DNA from: Candidatus Omnitrophota bacterium
Lineage (GTDB): Bacteria; Omnitrophota; Gorgyraeia; Duberdicusellales; 4484-171
Assembly (NCBI GenBank): GCA_041652815.1
Contig: JBAZGN010000001.1
Span: 33,363 to 97,362 of the forward strand
DNA length: 64,000 bases
Direction of reading: 5' to 3'
Notes under the pieces: generated by a model
The model's input: only the letters and a program-made list of their open reading frames with translations
Databases searched by the model: none
What the model was told of the DNA's origin: nothing
Made by a program: the position numbers and the translations under genes
Shown: positions 33,673 to 44,191 of the stretch, piece after piece
Layout of the letters: each line of letters starts with the position of its first letter
Position numbering within the stretch: the first letter of the stretch is position 1

Positions 33673-35682
33673 TTATTCTACCTTCGCTACCTTATCAGCT
33701 TCTTTTTTTGCCCCTTCGATAATTGTTTGAGCTAATCTTGCCGGAACAATTTCATAGTGGGAAAATGTCATCGAGTAGCTTCCCCGGCCTCCGGTAACTG
33801 ACCGCAGGTCAGATGCATATTTAAACATTTCAACCAGGGCAATCTGTGCTTTTACGACTTCGCTCTTTCCTTTTACTTCCATCCCGAGCACTCTTCCGCG
33901 CCGGGAGTTTATGTCTCCGGTAACCTGGCCCATAAATTCTCCCGGAACCGTAATCTCAACATCCATTATCGGCTCAAGAAGCACACTGCCTGCCGCCTCA
34001 AGCGCTTTTTTAAAAGCCATTGAACCTGCAATCTGAAAGGCTATATCGGAAGAATCAACATCGTGATAAGAACCATCATAAAGTGTCACTCGTATATCAG
34101 CAACCGGATAACCGGCCAAAATTCCGCTGTCTAAGCTCTTTCTGATGCCTTTTTCAACAGAAGGTATAAAGTTACGGGGAATGGCCCCTCCGAATATCTT
34201 ATCCACAAATTCAAAACCTTTTCCCCTCGAGAGAGGCTCAAGTTCAATCCAGACATCGCCGTATTGGCCGCGGCCGCCTGATTGCTTTTTATGTTTTCCC
34301 TGCACCTTGACGGAACGCGTAACTGTTTCCATGTAAGCTACCTTGGGAGTGCCTAGCTCAACGTTTGCCTGGTACTTGCGTTTCATTCTTTCGATAATAA
34401 CGCTTAAATGCAGCTCTCCCATTCCTGAGATTATCAATTCTTTTGTCTGCGCGTCGCGGGATACTTTAAATGTCGCATCTTCGCTGGTTAAACGCGAAAG
34501 GACCGCGGATATTTTATCCTCATCCTGCCTTGTCTTCGGTTTAACCGAAGCAGAAAAAGAAGGAGCCGGAAACTCTATGGAGCTAAATTCAAGAGGAAAT
34601 GATTGTTCGCAGAAAGTGTCCTGCGTTGATGTATTTCTTAATTTAGCGATAGCTCCGATTTCCCCGGCACAAATTGCATCTTGATTATTTTCTTGCTTGC
34701 CTTGCGGAGTATAAATATGGCTGATTTTTTCTTTTTCGCCTTTTGTTGAATTGTATATTTCGCTATTTGAAGATATTTTTCCGGAAAATACCCTGAAAAT
34801 ATTTAGCTGCCCCACAAAAGGGTCAATTACTGTCTTAAAAACCTGCGCCGCCAAATGCGCATTTACTTTTGGCGTAACTTCCAGGCTTTCTCCCGTCTTT
34901 GCATTCTTTACAAGACGAGGCTTTCCTTCTGCCACAGAAGGCATAACCTCTAAAAGCATTTCCAGTAAACAATCACTCCCTATTTCCTGTAAAGCTATCA
35001 TGGGGATAACCGGAAATATTTGCGCATTTATTATTGCTTTTTTAAGCGCGATTGCCAATTCTTTTTCATCAATTGCCCCTTTTTCAAGATATTTGGCAAG
35101 CAGCGCATCGTCGCTTTCAGCAACAGCTTCAATTACATTTCCGTAATTAGGATTATTTTTATCTTTTAATATATTCACAACTTTTCCATCTACAAAATCT
35201 GCAAAGGCAATTGCTTTCTTTGTTAAACTACCCCTGATATCCTCAACGGTTTTTTCATAATCCGTACTTTCTTTATCAAGTTTGTTTACTATAAAAAGGC
35301 AAGGTAGATTTTCTTTTCTTAAAATATCCCATGCTTTTTCAGTGCCAACTTCAACTCCGCTTGTTGCATCAATTACAACCACACCAAAATCAACGGCGCG
35401 GCTTGCGGAAATCATTTCTCCTATAAAATCCAGGTAACCGGGAACATCTATGAATTGTAGAAATGAACCTTTGCGTTCGGCATAAAGAACTGACATGTTT
35501 ATCGAACTTTTTCTTATCTTTTCATCATCTTCGTAATCACTTATGGTGGTACCTTCGTCAACTCTACCCAAGCGGGTTGAGGCTCCACACTTAAAAAGAA
35601 TGGCTTCGGAAATTGAAGTTTTACCTGACTGGGCGTGTCCGCATAAAAGGAAAATCCTCTTTTTGGTTAAATCATCTCGCAT
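33673..35682 (-). CDS. Elongation factor G family GTPase (EF-G paralog)
   Basis: G domain AQSGKTS...DVPGYLDF...NKLD plus EF-G domains II-V; 669 aa; shorter and more divergent than canonical FusA. Confidence 0.7.
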   Translation of the reverse strand: MRDDLTKKRIFLLCGHAQSGKTSISEAILFKCGASTRLGRVDEGTTISDYEDDEKIRKSSINMSVLYAERKGSFLQFIDVPGYLDFIGEMISASRAVDFGVVVIDATSGVEVGTEKAWDILRKENLPCLFIVNKLDKESTDYEKTVEDIRGSLTKKAIAFADFVDGKVVNILKDKNNPNYGNVIEAVAESDDALLAKYLEKGAIDEKELAIALKKAIINAQIFPVIPMIALQEIGSDCLLEMLLEVMPSVAEGKPRLVKNAKTGESLEVTPKVNAHLAAQVFKTVIDPFVGQLNIFRVFSGKISSNSEIYNSTKGEKEKISHIYTPQGKQENNQDAICAGEIGAIAKLRNTSTQDTFCEQSFPLEFSSIEFPAPSFSASVKPKTRQDEDKISAVLSRLTSEDATFKVSRDAQTKELIISGMGELHLSVIIERMKRKYQANVELGTPKVAYMETVTRSVKVQGKHKKQSGGRGQYGDVWIELEPLSRGKGFEFVDKIFGGAIPRNFIPSVEKGIRKSLDSGILAGYPVADIRVTLYDGSYHDVDSSDIAFQIAGSMAFKKALEAAGSVLLEPIMDVEITVPGEFMGQVTGDINSRRGRVLGMEVKGKSEVVKAQIALVEMFKYASDLRSVTGGRGSYSMTFSHYEIVPARLAQTIIEGAKKEADKVAKVE

Positions 35683-35700
35683 ATTTTCTTCCTCCTTTCA

Positions 35701-35858
35701 CACACAGATTAGCACAGATTGTAAAACAGATGATCGCAGATAGAAAATTAAAAATAGAAAAGTTAAGAGCTACTAAAAGAGAGTCAAGCTTCGCCTATCT
35801 ATCTTCGCCCTTTATTATCTGTGATCATCTGTGTCTGCCATCTGTGACCATCTGTGTT
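35701..35858. repeat. Palindrome of 'cacagat/atctgtg' units (family C)
   Basis: cacacagattagcacagattgtaaaacagatgatcgcagataga ... tatctgtgatcatctgtgtctgccatctgtgaccatctgtg. Confidence 0.7.
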
Positions 35859-36072
35859 TATATAAGTGGCCTTGGAAGTTATATTTTGCGCGAAAGAGCG
35901 GATTTCGCCAGATTTTTTATTATATTAGAAATAAGCCCCTAAGTCAATTAAGAACTAATCTTTTTTACTATATTTAAGCTATTGCTGCACAATAAGTTAC
36001 ATCAAATTTGCCACTATTACAGAATGACTTGGAAGGTTGATAAAGGGTTTTCTAATGAGTCAGGGGTTATTT

Positions 36073-37128
36073 TCAGGCGATAAACATTGCATCGCCGAAG
36101 CTGAAAAAGCGGAAATTTACGGTTTTTGCATAAGCGTAAGCTTTTTGGGTAAGTGCTAAACCGCAAAAAGAAGACACAAGTATAAGGTTTGTTGAAAGCG
36201 GGGTGTGGAAATTGGTAATAAGTGCATCCACTATCCTAAATTTATAGCCTGGCGTAATATAAAAACTGGTTTCGAATGTTTTATCTTTTATATGGAACTC
36301 GCCTGCCGGGTTTAAGAAACTCGCAGCTTCAAGGCTTCTTACGGATGTAGTTCCAACCGCAATGACCCTTGACCCTTTATCTTTTGCATCGTTTATGGTA
36401 GAAGCAGATTCTACTGATATTTCGATACATTCACTATCCATCTTATGTTCCCGAATATCTGCACATTTCACCGGCCTAAACGTAGCAAGGCCACAATGCA
36501 AAGTAACATACACAATGTTAACGCCTTTTTGCTTAATCTGCGAAATTAACTTCTCGGTAAAATGCAAGCCCGCAGTTGGTGCCGCCACAGCACCTTCTCT
36601 TTTAGAATATATAGTCTGATATTTTTCAAAGTCATCAATTTCTTTTTTTATATAATGCGGTAATGGGGGCTTACCAAGTTCATCGAGGTACGATGCAAAA
36701 TCTTTGGGAAAAAATTCAAAGATCCTTCCGCCTTGCAGGGTTTTATCGATTATTTTTGCATAAAACCCTTTCTTTCCGAAGCTAATTTCTTCGCCCAGTT
36801 TTGCTTTTTTACCAGGCCTTACCAGAGTTTCCCAAATTCCTTTTTCTTTCTCCTTCAGCAATAAAATTTCAATTTTACCGCCGGTTTTATTCTTACCGAT
36901 AAGTTTTGCCTTAATAACCCTTGTATCGTTTAATACCAAAACATCGTCTTTATTTAATAACTCTGTAATGTTTTTAAAAATTGTTTCGTGAAGGCTATTA
37001 TTTTTTCTATTTACAACCAAAAGCCTTGAGCTATCACGCTCTTGTAGAGGTTGCTGAGCGATTAAACCTCTTGGCAACTCATAATTGAAATTAGAAAGGT
37101 TGTATAAATCTTTTTCCATGGAGAGCAT
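36073..37128 (-). CDS. queA: S-adenosylmethionine:tRNA ribosyltransferase-isomerase
   Basis: FNYELPRGLIAQQPLQERDSSRLLVV and the overall QueA layout; the start may be the internal Met at 37119. Confidence 0.8.
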   Translation of the reverse strand: MLSMEKDLYNLSNFNYELPRGLIAQQPLQERDSSRLLVVNRKNNSLHETIFKNITELLNKDDVLVLNDTRVIKAKLIGKNKTGGKIEILLLKEKEKGIWETLVRPGKKAKLGEEISFGKKGFYAKIIDKTLQGGRIFEFFPKDFASYLDELGKPPLPHYIKKEIDDFEKYQTIYSKREGAVAAPTAGLHFTEKLISQIKQKGVNIVYVTLHCGLATFRPVKCADIREHKMDSECIEISVESASTINDAKDKGSRVIAVGTTSVRSLEAASFLNPAGEFHIKDKTFETSFYITPGYKFRIVDALITNFHTPLSTNLILVSSFCGLALTQKAYAYAKTVNFRFFSFGDAMFIA

Positions 37129-37150
37129 TGATTATATTTGAGAGGCTGGA

Positions 37151-38305
37151 TTAGAAAGCAAGTTCAACTCTGTTTTTCCCTTCTCTCTTTGCCTTATAAA
37201 GCGCCATGTCGGCTTTTCGTATCAAGGCATCTTTTTCCAGGCCGTCTTGAGGGTAATTTGAGAGGCCGATACTTACGGTAAATTTACATCCTGCTATATT
37301 ATTTTCCGCTAAGTTTTTTCTTAACATTTCTGCAATAGTAAGCGCTTCTTCTTTGTTTGTAAAAGGCAGTATCACGGAAAATTCCTCTCCGCCGTAGCGG
37401 CAGATAATATCTATGTCCCTTACGTTTTTCTTAAACTGTTCGCTAACTTTTTTTAGGGCCTCATCTCCTTGTATGTGGCCGTAAGCATCGTTAAATTTTT
37501 TGAAATCATCCAGGTCAATCATAAGTATTGAAATCGGGTAATTTTTCGATTTGGCTTTAAGCAGTTCTTCGTCCAGTTTATATTGAAAATAGCCGTGGTT
37601 CCATAAAGAGGTAAGAGTATCTGTATGGGCCCTGATGAGCGTATCTTCAAAGGCGCGTGAATTTTCTATCGCGCCTGTCGCTTGCTCTACAAACATATTA
37701 AATATCCTTATATCAGCTTCATGTATCGGTTTTTTGGTCACATAGTTATCAACAATGATAACTCCTTCCGGTTTATCTTTTATCCATAACGAAGCTATTA
37801 AAAACTCTCCGAGTTGAAGTTTCACACAAAGCGAGTCATCCTTAAGCTCCGCTGTTTTACCGTCTTTTATGTGCAAGGTGCCTCTTTCCCATAAAGCGCT
37901 GTAGAGAAAGCCGCTGGTTTCATTTAAATCAAAAGAAAGAGACTGGACATACTCCATAAATTTTGGCTTTACTGTTTCTTCCTTTATTCTATGATAAGTT
38001 TTAATCAGGTCGTAGAGGTCCATCTTCTGCTGTTCTATGCTGCGCCAAATTGAGGTTGCTTCCTGCATATACATAGGCCCTATACCCATAAACCCGTTTA
38101 TTTTTTTAGCCTCTTCGTCAACGAGAAACAGAATTGCCCTGTTAAAGGAAAGCCCTTCGTGAGCGGTTAAGCCAGTAAGAATAATATAAACTATTTCCTC
38201 AAGCCTAAGTGTCGTTCTCATTGCTTTATTCAATTCATAAAGTATATAAAGCTGAGAACGTGTTTTTTCCAGTTCTTCTTTTATTTTCTTAATGTCTTCT
38301 TCCAT
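37151..38305 (-). CDS. GGDEF-domain diguanylate cyclase with N-terminal GAF-like sensor
   Basis: GGEEF active-site motif (RYGGEEFSVIL) and the inhibitory-site-like region; start at MEEDIKK with GAGG RBS. Confidence 0.8.
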   Translation of the reverse strand: MEEDIKKIKEELEKTRSQLYILYELNKAMRTTLRLEEIVYIILTGLTAHEGLSFNRAILFLVDEEAKKINGFMGIGPMYMQEATSIWRSIEQQKMDLYDLIKTYHRIKEETVKPKFMEYVQSLSFDLNETSGFLYSALWERGTLHIKDGKTAELKDDSLCVKLQLGEFLIASLWIKDKPEGVIIVDNYVTKKPIHEADIRIFNMFVEQATGAIENSRAFEDTLIRAHTDTLTSLWNHGYFQYKLDEELLKAKSKNYPISILMIDLDDFKKFNDAYGHIQGDEALKKVSEQFKKNVRDIDIICRYGGEEFSVILPFTNKEEALTIAEMLRKNLAENNIAGCKFTVSIGLSNYPQDGLEKDALIRKADMALYKAKREGKNRVELAF

Positions 38306-38483
38306 ATGAAAACCTCTGCAAAACAAGCCCTACCTAGTGATATCCACCGAAGCTGACAAGCGAAGGTGGATAACTTTAATAAATAACATATTTGAGGTTA
38401 AAAGTCAATGCCGAGGGAGACCAAAGACTAAAGACCTTTTAAAAAAATCCACCAAAAATCTTCTTCGCTAACATTGTTATCCG

Positions 38484-38592
38484 GTTACGTTTTTCGTCAA
38501 TCGGTTACGCTACTCGTTTCGTCATACGGTTACGTTATACGTTTAACGCAACCGTGACGAGCTGCGTAACCGCAACCGATTGACGTAACTAT
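38484..38592. repeat. 'ggttacg/cgtaacc' palindromic element (family D), near-duplicate of 52855-52990
   Basis: Shared blocks cgtcaatcggttacgc, ctcgtttcgtcatacg, aacgcaaccgtgac and aaccgcaaccg, in the same order at both loci. Confidence 0.65.
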
Positions 38593-38629
38593 CTATTTTT
38601 CAAATCTTGGTCTTTGGTCTGGGACTGGT

Positions 38630-41600
38630 TTAGGCGGGGGCTTGCGTTTGCTCTTTCTCGGGAGCATCTGTCGGAATAGCTTGGCTGCCTTGGCCATTCG
38701 TTGCAAATTTAACTGATACCAGTTTAGACACTCCTTTTTCCTGCATAGTTACTCCGTAAAGGATATCAGCTCTGCTCATAGTTTTCTTATTGTGAGTAAT
38801 TACGATAAACTGTGAATTTGCCGAAAATTGTTTTAGGATATGATTAAACCTATCAACATTTGATTCATCCAGAGGAGCGTCTATTTCATCAAGCACGCAT
38901 ATAGGAGAAGGCCTGACTTTAAAAATAGCAAAAATAAGGGCTATGGTAGTAAGCGCTTTTTCTCCACCTGACAAAAGTGCAACATTTTGAGTTTTTTTGC
39001 CGGGAGGCTGGACTTCTATTTCAACTCCTGACTCAAGCACATCATCCTGGTCAAGCAATATCAGCTGGGCGCGGCCTCCGCCAAAAAGAAAACGGAAATT
39101 ATTCTTAAATTCCTCTTCTATTTTAGCAAATGTTTCAAGGAACAATTCGCGCGATGTCTTGTTTATCTTTTGAATTGCTTTTTTAAGATTTTCTTTTGAA
39201 GTAACCAGGTCATTTTTTTGGTTATCCAGAAATTCTTCTCTTTTCTTAAGCTCATCGAACTCTTCAATCGCAACCAAGTTAACATCGCCGAGTGATTCCA
39301 GTTTTTTCTTCAGGCTTTCTTTATCCTCGTTGAATTTATCAAGGCTTGAACCTTCCTCAAGCGGGGCGGCAACCCAATCAGCATTAAATTCAACCGTATA
39401 AACCTGGCGTAGATAATCTTTTATTTTTTCTTTCTCGTAATCAAGGCTTTGGGTTTCAAGTTTTTTGTTATACACTGCCGAGCGTAACTCCTCCAAATTG
39501 CCTTCAGCTACCTCAAGCAGTTTTCTGTCTTCTTCGATTTTTGCAAGTAATCCGTTTTCTTCTTTCTCAAGTTCATCTTTTTTCTGCGAATAAACATTTA
39601 TTTTTTCTTTATCCGAACTTATCACGAGTTCAATTTTTTGTATTTCCTGTAAAAGAGTTTCGCTCTTTTGGATATTTTCTGATTTTTCTTTGTCCATATC
39701 CGCAAGATTTTTAAGGATATTTTCTTTCTCCTCGCAAAACAGTAATACCCTTGAATTCAAACTTTCTTTTTCTCTGGATAAGGACTGCCTGTGCGTTTCA
39801 GATTTGGCAGAATCAACGTCTATTTCATTAATACGTTTTGAACTACTTAAAACAATCTCATGGAAGCCGGCCATACTCGTCTTAGAAACATTTAAGCTCT
39901 CTTCACAGGTAGCTATTTCAGCTTCCAGCTCTTTTTGCTTTGTCTCGCGGCTTTCGAGTTCCTGCCGGTTCGCTTCAAGCTCTTTTTCGACAAGCTCAAA
40001 CTCTTCGTTAAACCTTGCCAGGTCTCTGTTAAGAGTTTCTTTTTCCTGAAACAAGCCTTGATAGCGCTTTTCTTCTTCCTCTACCTGGGAATTCTGCGCT
40101 AAAGATTGCTCGCTGACTTGTTTCTTCTGGTTTTCTGTATTCTCAAGTTCCTGTTTTAAAGTTTCTATTTCCGCCCTTATCACGTCCATTTTTTCTTTTA
40201 ACTCATCTTCCTCAAGTGAAATAACCTTTGCTTCAATTACTGCTTTATATGCATTTCCTTCTTTAGTAAATTGCGCTCCTTTTAAGGAAATTATGAGCTT
40301 TTTTACATCTTTGGGTTCTTCATCGAAAACAATTGTAATTTTTTTGCTCGCGGAAAATGTATCATACTTTGTACGCAGGTCTTTTAAAAAGTCGTAATAG
40401 GAATTAAGCTCAACGAGCTTCTTTTCTTTCTCAATTATTTTTGCCTGCAGGCTTTCTTTGGTAGAAGCCAGGGCCTGCTCTTTTAAAACTAGGCTTGACT
40501 TTATACCCCGCAAGCCGCTTAACTTGCTATCCAAATCAGCAAGTTCAACTGAAAGCTCTTCCTTCGTAGCCTTCCTCTCACTGGATAAATTCTCTATCCT
40601 GGCCTTGTCCAGCGATAGCCTTTTTTTCCTATTAGCTAAAGAAGAAACCTGGGTCTGAAGCTCAATTAGGCCATTGCGAATGTTGACGCCCTTGCTTTCT
40701 AATTCAAATATCCTGATTTTTTCTTCTTCTATTTTTTTCTTTGCTTCTTCTATCGCGCCTAAAAGGCTGGTTTTTTCTTCTTTAAGTTTTTCTATCTGTG
40801 CATTTATTGAACTCACTTCCTGCTCTATACGAATCAGTTTGTTTTTTTCTTCCTCGATGCGGCTGTCCTGTAAGGTTATACGCTCTGAAAATGTTCTCTT
40901 TGACTGCTCTATTGCGTTGTTGCGCTCGTCTACTTCTATTATGCGCTGCTTGCTTACATTTATATAGCTGAGAGAAGTTTCTATCTGAGCGCTGAAAGAA
41001 AAAACCTGCGAACTTGCCGCTGCGAGCTCTTTTCGCATATCCCTGAGGCGCAGATTAAGCTCTTCCCATTTAGTTTTATTTTCTTTCAATTCATTATCTT
41101 TTGAATTTTCTTTCTCTTTCAAACTATTAAGCTCTTCAAGGATAACGTTTATTTTTTCTTCAAGGCCTTTGAACTTTAAAATCCCTATTTTCTTTTCAAT
41201 CTCAACAAGGTGCTCCTGGCATTCTTTGAATTTACGGGTTTTTTCCACCTGTCTTTCAAGGTAACGAATCTGGCGCTTTACTTCCGAAATAATGTCATCC
41301 AGCCTTACTAAATTTTCGTCTGTTTCTTCAAGTTTTTTTAAAGTTTCTCTTCGGCTTTCTTTATATTTAACTATTCCGCTTGCCTCATCAAAGATAAGGC
41401 GCTTATCTTCCGGCTTATAACTTAAAAATACTTCAATCTTGCCCTGCTCAATGAATGAATAAGTTGCCTCCCCTATGCCGGTACCCATAAAAAGAGCTTC
41501 TATATCTTTTAATCTTACTGGATTTTTATTTATAAGGTATTCGCTCTCCCCTGAACGGTATAATCTTCTTGTAATGGCAACTTCTTTATATTCTATCGGC

Positions 41601-41872
41601 AGGTATTTATCTTCGTTGGCAAAGGTAAGAGTTACTTCGGCGTAGTTTAACGCAGGGTGATTTTCGGTTCCGTTAAAAATGATATCTTCCATTTTGGAAC
41701 CGCGAAGCGACTTAGGGCTTTGTTCGCCAAGCGACCACTTCAAAGAATCCAGGACATTTGATTTCCCGCAGCCATTCGGCCCGACTATGACTGTTATGCC
41801 TGGTTCAAATTTTAGGGAGACTTTTTCCGGGAAGGATTTAAAACCGAAGATTTCGAGTTCTTTTAAAAACAT
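38630..41872 (-). CDS. smc: Chromosome segregation protein SMC
   Basis: N-terminal Walker A GPNGCGKSN, long coiled coils, C-terminal LSGGEK...DE...FIVITH. Confidence 0.85.
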   Translation of the reverse strand: MFLKELEIFGFKSFPEKVSLKFEPGITVIVGPNGCGKSNVLDSLKWSLGEQSPKSLRGSKMEDIIFNGTENHPALNYAEVTLTFANEDKYLPIEYKEVAITRRLYRSGESEYLINKNPVRLKDIEALFMGTGIGEATYSFIEQGKIEVFLSYKPEDKRLIFDEASGIVKYKESRRETLKKLEETDENLVRLDDIISEVKRQIRYLERQVEKTRKFKECQEHLVEIEKKIGILKFKGLEEKINVILEELNSLKEKENSKDNELKENKTKWEELNLRLRDMRKELAAASSQVFSFSAQIETSLSYINVSKQRIIEVDERNNAIEQSKRTFSERITLQDSRIEEEKNKLIRIEQEVSSINAQIEKLKEEKTSLLGAIEEAKKKIEEEKIRIFELESKGVNIRNGLIELQTQVSSLANRKKRLSLDKARIENLSSERKATKEELSVELADLDSKLSGLRGIKSSLVLKEQALASTKESLQAKIIEKEKKLVELNSYYDFLKDLRTKYDTFSASKKITIVFDEEPKDVKKLIISLKGAQFTKEGNAYKAVIEAKVISLEEDELKEKMDVIRAEIETLKQELENTENQKKQVSEQSLAQNSQVEEEEKRYQGLFQEKETLNRDLARFNEEFELVEKELEANRQELESRETKQKELEAEIATCEESLNVSKTSMAGFHEIVLSSSKRINEIDVDSAKSETHRQSLSREKESLNSRVLLFCEEKENILKNLADMDKEKSENIQKSETLLQEIQKIELVISSDKEKINVYSQKKDELEKEENGLLAKIEEDRKLLEVAEGNLEELRSAVYNKKLETQSLDYEKEKIKDYLRQVYTVEFNADWVAAPLEEGSSLDKFNEDKESLKKKLESLGDVNLVAIEEFDELKKREEFLDNQKNDLVTSKENLKKAIQKINKTSRELFLETFAKIEEEFKNNFRFLFGGGRAQLILLDQDDVLESGVEIEVQPPGKKTQNVALLSGGEKALTTIALIFAIFKVRPSPICVLDEIDAPLDESNVDRFNHILKQFSANSQFIVITHNKKTMSRADILYGVTMQEKGVSKLVSVKFATNGQGSQAIPTDAPEKEQTQAPA

Positions 41873-41983
41873 ATTTCTAGGCCCTGGCCTAAGAACAATA
41901 AATTTCTATTACTTTCTCAATTTCTACCAATCTCAATGCCTATCGAAATTGATAGAAATTTGCTTCGCGAAATTCGTTGAAAT

Positions 41984-43180
41984 TTATCGTGGTTCTTTAA
42001 ACTTTTTTATTAAAAGCGGGACTATACTAAATAAGTCTCCGACTATACCGTAATTAGCAACCTTAAAAATTGGCGCGTCCGGGTCTTTATTTATAGCCAC
42101 GATTATCTTTGATGACTGCATCCCGACAAGATGCTGAATCTGCCCGGAAATCCCGCAAGCGATGTATATTTTCGGCGCAACAGTTCTGCCGGTTTGGCCC
42201 ACCTGATGAGAATATGAAATCCAACCACTATCAACTGTGGCTCGCGATGCGCCCACAGCCCCCCCTAAAGTTTGCGCGAGTTCCTCAATGAGCTTAAAAT
42301 TTTTGCTATCCGCGATACCGCGTCCGCCTGAAACTATTATATCAGCATCTGATAAATTTACCTTACTTATTTCTTCCTGGATAAACTCTATAAATTTTAT
42401 TCGCGCGTCTATAAAAGGGCCATCTATAACTTCTTCAATAATTTCACCTTTCCTTTTTGCATCTTCTGCTTGCTCCTGCATAACCTTATGCCTGACTGTT
42501 GACATTTGCGGCCTGTAATTAGGGGTAATAATCTGCGCCATAATGTTTCCGCCAAAAGCCGGGCGAGTTTGCACGAGCAGGCGTTTTTCGCGGTCGATAT
42601 GAAGGCCGGTGCAGTCAGCGGTTAGGCCGGTGTATATCGTTACGGCTATACGCGATACAAGCGAACGGCCGCAAGTAGTTGCTCCAGCCAGGAAAATTTC
42701 CGGTTTATATTTTTTGATTAAGTGGGAAATTACGTTTGCGTAGTTTTCGGAAATGAAGTTTTCAAGCTCAGGCTTATCGACCAGTATTACTTTATCCGCT
42801 CCTTTGGAAATCAGTGTTTGAGCTTTTTCTTTTATATTTTTGCCTAAAAATACTGCAACAACTTTTGAATGTAGGTCATGAGCGAGTTCTTTCGCCTTTC
42901 CTAAAAGCTCAAAAGAAACCCCGCTGATTTTTCCTCTTTCGCTTTCTACAAATACCCAGACATCTTTATAGGAAGAAAAATCGCTTTTCGCTATTTGCGG
43001 CTTGAAAATTGTTATTGCTTCGAATTTGCAAGCGTCTTTGCAGGCACCGCAAAGGTTGCATTTGGCAAGATCAATTATCGCTTTTTTATTTACGATAGTA
43101 ATTGCGGAAAATGGACATACTTTTATACACAGCCCGCAACCGATACATTTCTCGACTATTACTTTTATTGAATCACTCAT
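41984..43180 (-). CDS. etfA: Electron transfer flavoprotein alpha subunit with N-terminal 2x[4Fe-4S] ferredoxin domain
   Basis: CIGCGLCIKVCP and CNLCGACKDAC clusters, then the EtfA FAD-binding C-terminus. Confidence 0.75.
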   Translation of the reverse strand: MSDSIKVIVEKCIGCGLCIKVCPFSAITIVNKKAIIDLAKCNLCGACKDACKFEAITIFKPQIAKSDFSSYKDVWVFVESERGKISGVSFELLGKAKELAHDLHSKVVAVFLGKNIKEKAQTLISKGADKVILVDKPELENFISENYANVISHLIKKYKPEIFLAGATTCGRSLVSRIAVTIYTGLTADCTGLHIDREKRLLVQTRPAFGGNIMAQIITPNYRPQMSTVRHKVMQEQAEDAKRKGEIIEEVIDGPFIDARIKFIEFIQEEISKVNLSDADIIVSGGRGIADSKNFKLIEELAQTLGGAVGASRATVDSGWISYSHQVGQTGRTVAPKIYIACGISGQIQHLVGMQSSKIIVAINKDPDAPIFKVANYGIVGDLFSIVPLLIKKFKEPR

Positions 43181-43205
43181 AGTGAACGCTACACGTCACA
43201 CGTAT

Positions 43206-43254
43206 CCTCGCCACCATATAAAAACATTTAGGCGAGTCCACTTGGAGTGGACGT
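43206..43254. repeat. 49-bp core cctcgccaccatataaaaacatttaggcgagtccacttggagtggacgt; inverted near-identical copy at 54916-54964
   Basis: One mismatch between copies; embedded in a cacgt-unit palindrome spanning 43185-43310. Confidence 0.75.
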
Positions 43255-43308
43255 AGCACGTCTTTCAAAACGTGTTACTTGTTACGTGTTACGTGATACC
43301 TATTAATT

Positions 43309-44097
43309 TTATATCAAATGTTTCTTCAATTCCCCAAATAACTTATCGACAACTACTTCCGGATCGCCCTCCAGAATCATTCCTTTCTCACGCGGAGGCG
43401 GCGTAAATATTTTTACTACCTGGGTAGGTGAACCTTTTAATCCAAGACTTTCTTCTTTTAAGCCTAAATCTTTATGCGTCCAGGTTGTTATGGCTTGGCT
43501 TCGCGCACGCATTTTGCCTCTTAGCGATGGCAAACGCGGCGTATTTATTTCTTTTACTACAGTCATAAGTAAAGGTATTGATACTTCAATTACTTCATAT
43601 CCGTCCTCAAGAAGCCTCTCTAAGCGGATAACTTTTTTTTCTAAATCGACATTGTCTACTTTACGGACGTATGTTGCCTGAGGAAGATTTATGTGCGTGG
43701 CAATTCCCGGGCCGACTTGAGCGGTATCGCCGTCGGAGGCTTGCTTTCCGCAAATAACTAAATCGAAGTTTCCTATTTTTTCTATTGCTTTTGCCAAAAC
43801 AAAACTTGTCGCCCAAGTGTCTGAGCCGGCAAAAGCGCGGTCGGAAAGTAAAATTGCCTGGTCAATACCCAGTGAAAGCGCCTCACGAAGCGCACCATCT
43901 GCCTGGGGAGGGCCCATAGTTATGACAATAGTTTCACCGCCGAATTTTTCCTTTAACTGCACTGCTTCCTCAATTGCATACATATCAAAAGGATTGATTA
44001 TGGAAGCAACACCCTCTCTTACCAGAGTATTGGTTTCAGGATTTATTCTTACCTCAGTTGTATCAGGAACTTGTTTTATGCAAACTATTATTTTCAT
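43309..44097 (-). CDS. etfB: Electron transfer flavoprotein beta subunit
   Basis: MKIIVCIKQVPDTTEVRINPETNTL... typical EtfB/FixA N-terminus; 262 aa. Confidence 0.8.
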   Translation of the reverse strand: MKIIVCIKQVPDTTEVRINPETNTLVREGVASIINPFDMYAIEEAVQLKEKFGGETIVITMGPPQADGALREALSLGIDQAILLSDRAFAGSDTWATSFVLAKAIEKIGNFDLVICGKQASDGDTAQVGPGIATHINLPQATYVRKVDNVDLEKKVIRLERLLEDGYEVIEVSIPLLMTVVKEINTPRLPSLRGKMRARSQAITTWTHKDLGLKEESLGLKGSPTQVVKIFTPPPREKGMILEGDPEVVVDKLFGELKKHLI

Positions 44098-44191
44098 ACC
44101 AACGCTAATTATCGCTAATCTAACGCGAATGGTCGCGAATAGTTCTATTGTATTTTTTCATTCGCGTTTAAAATAAAATACTATGTATTCG

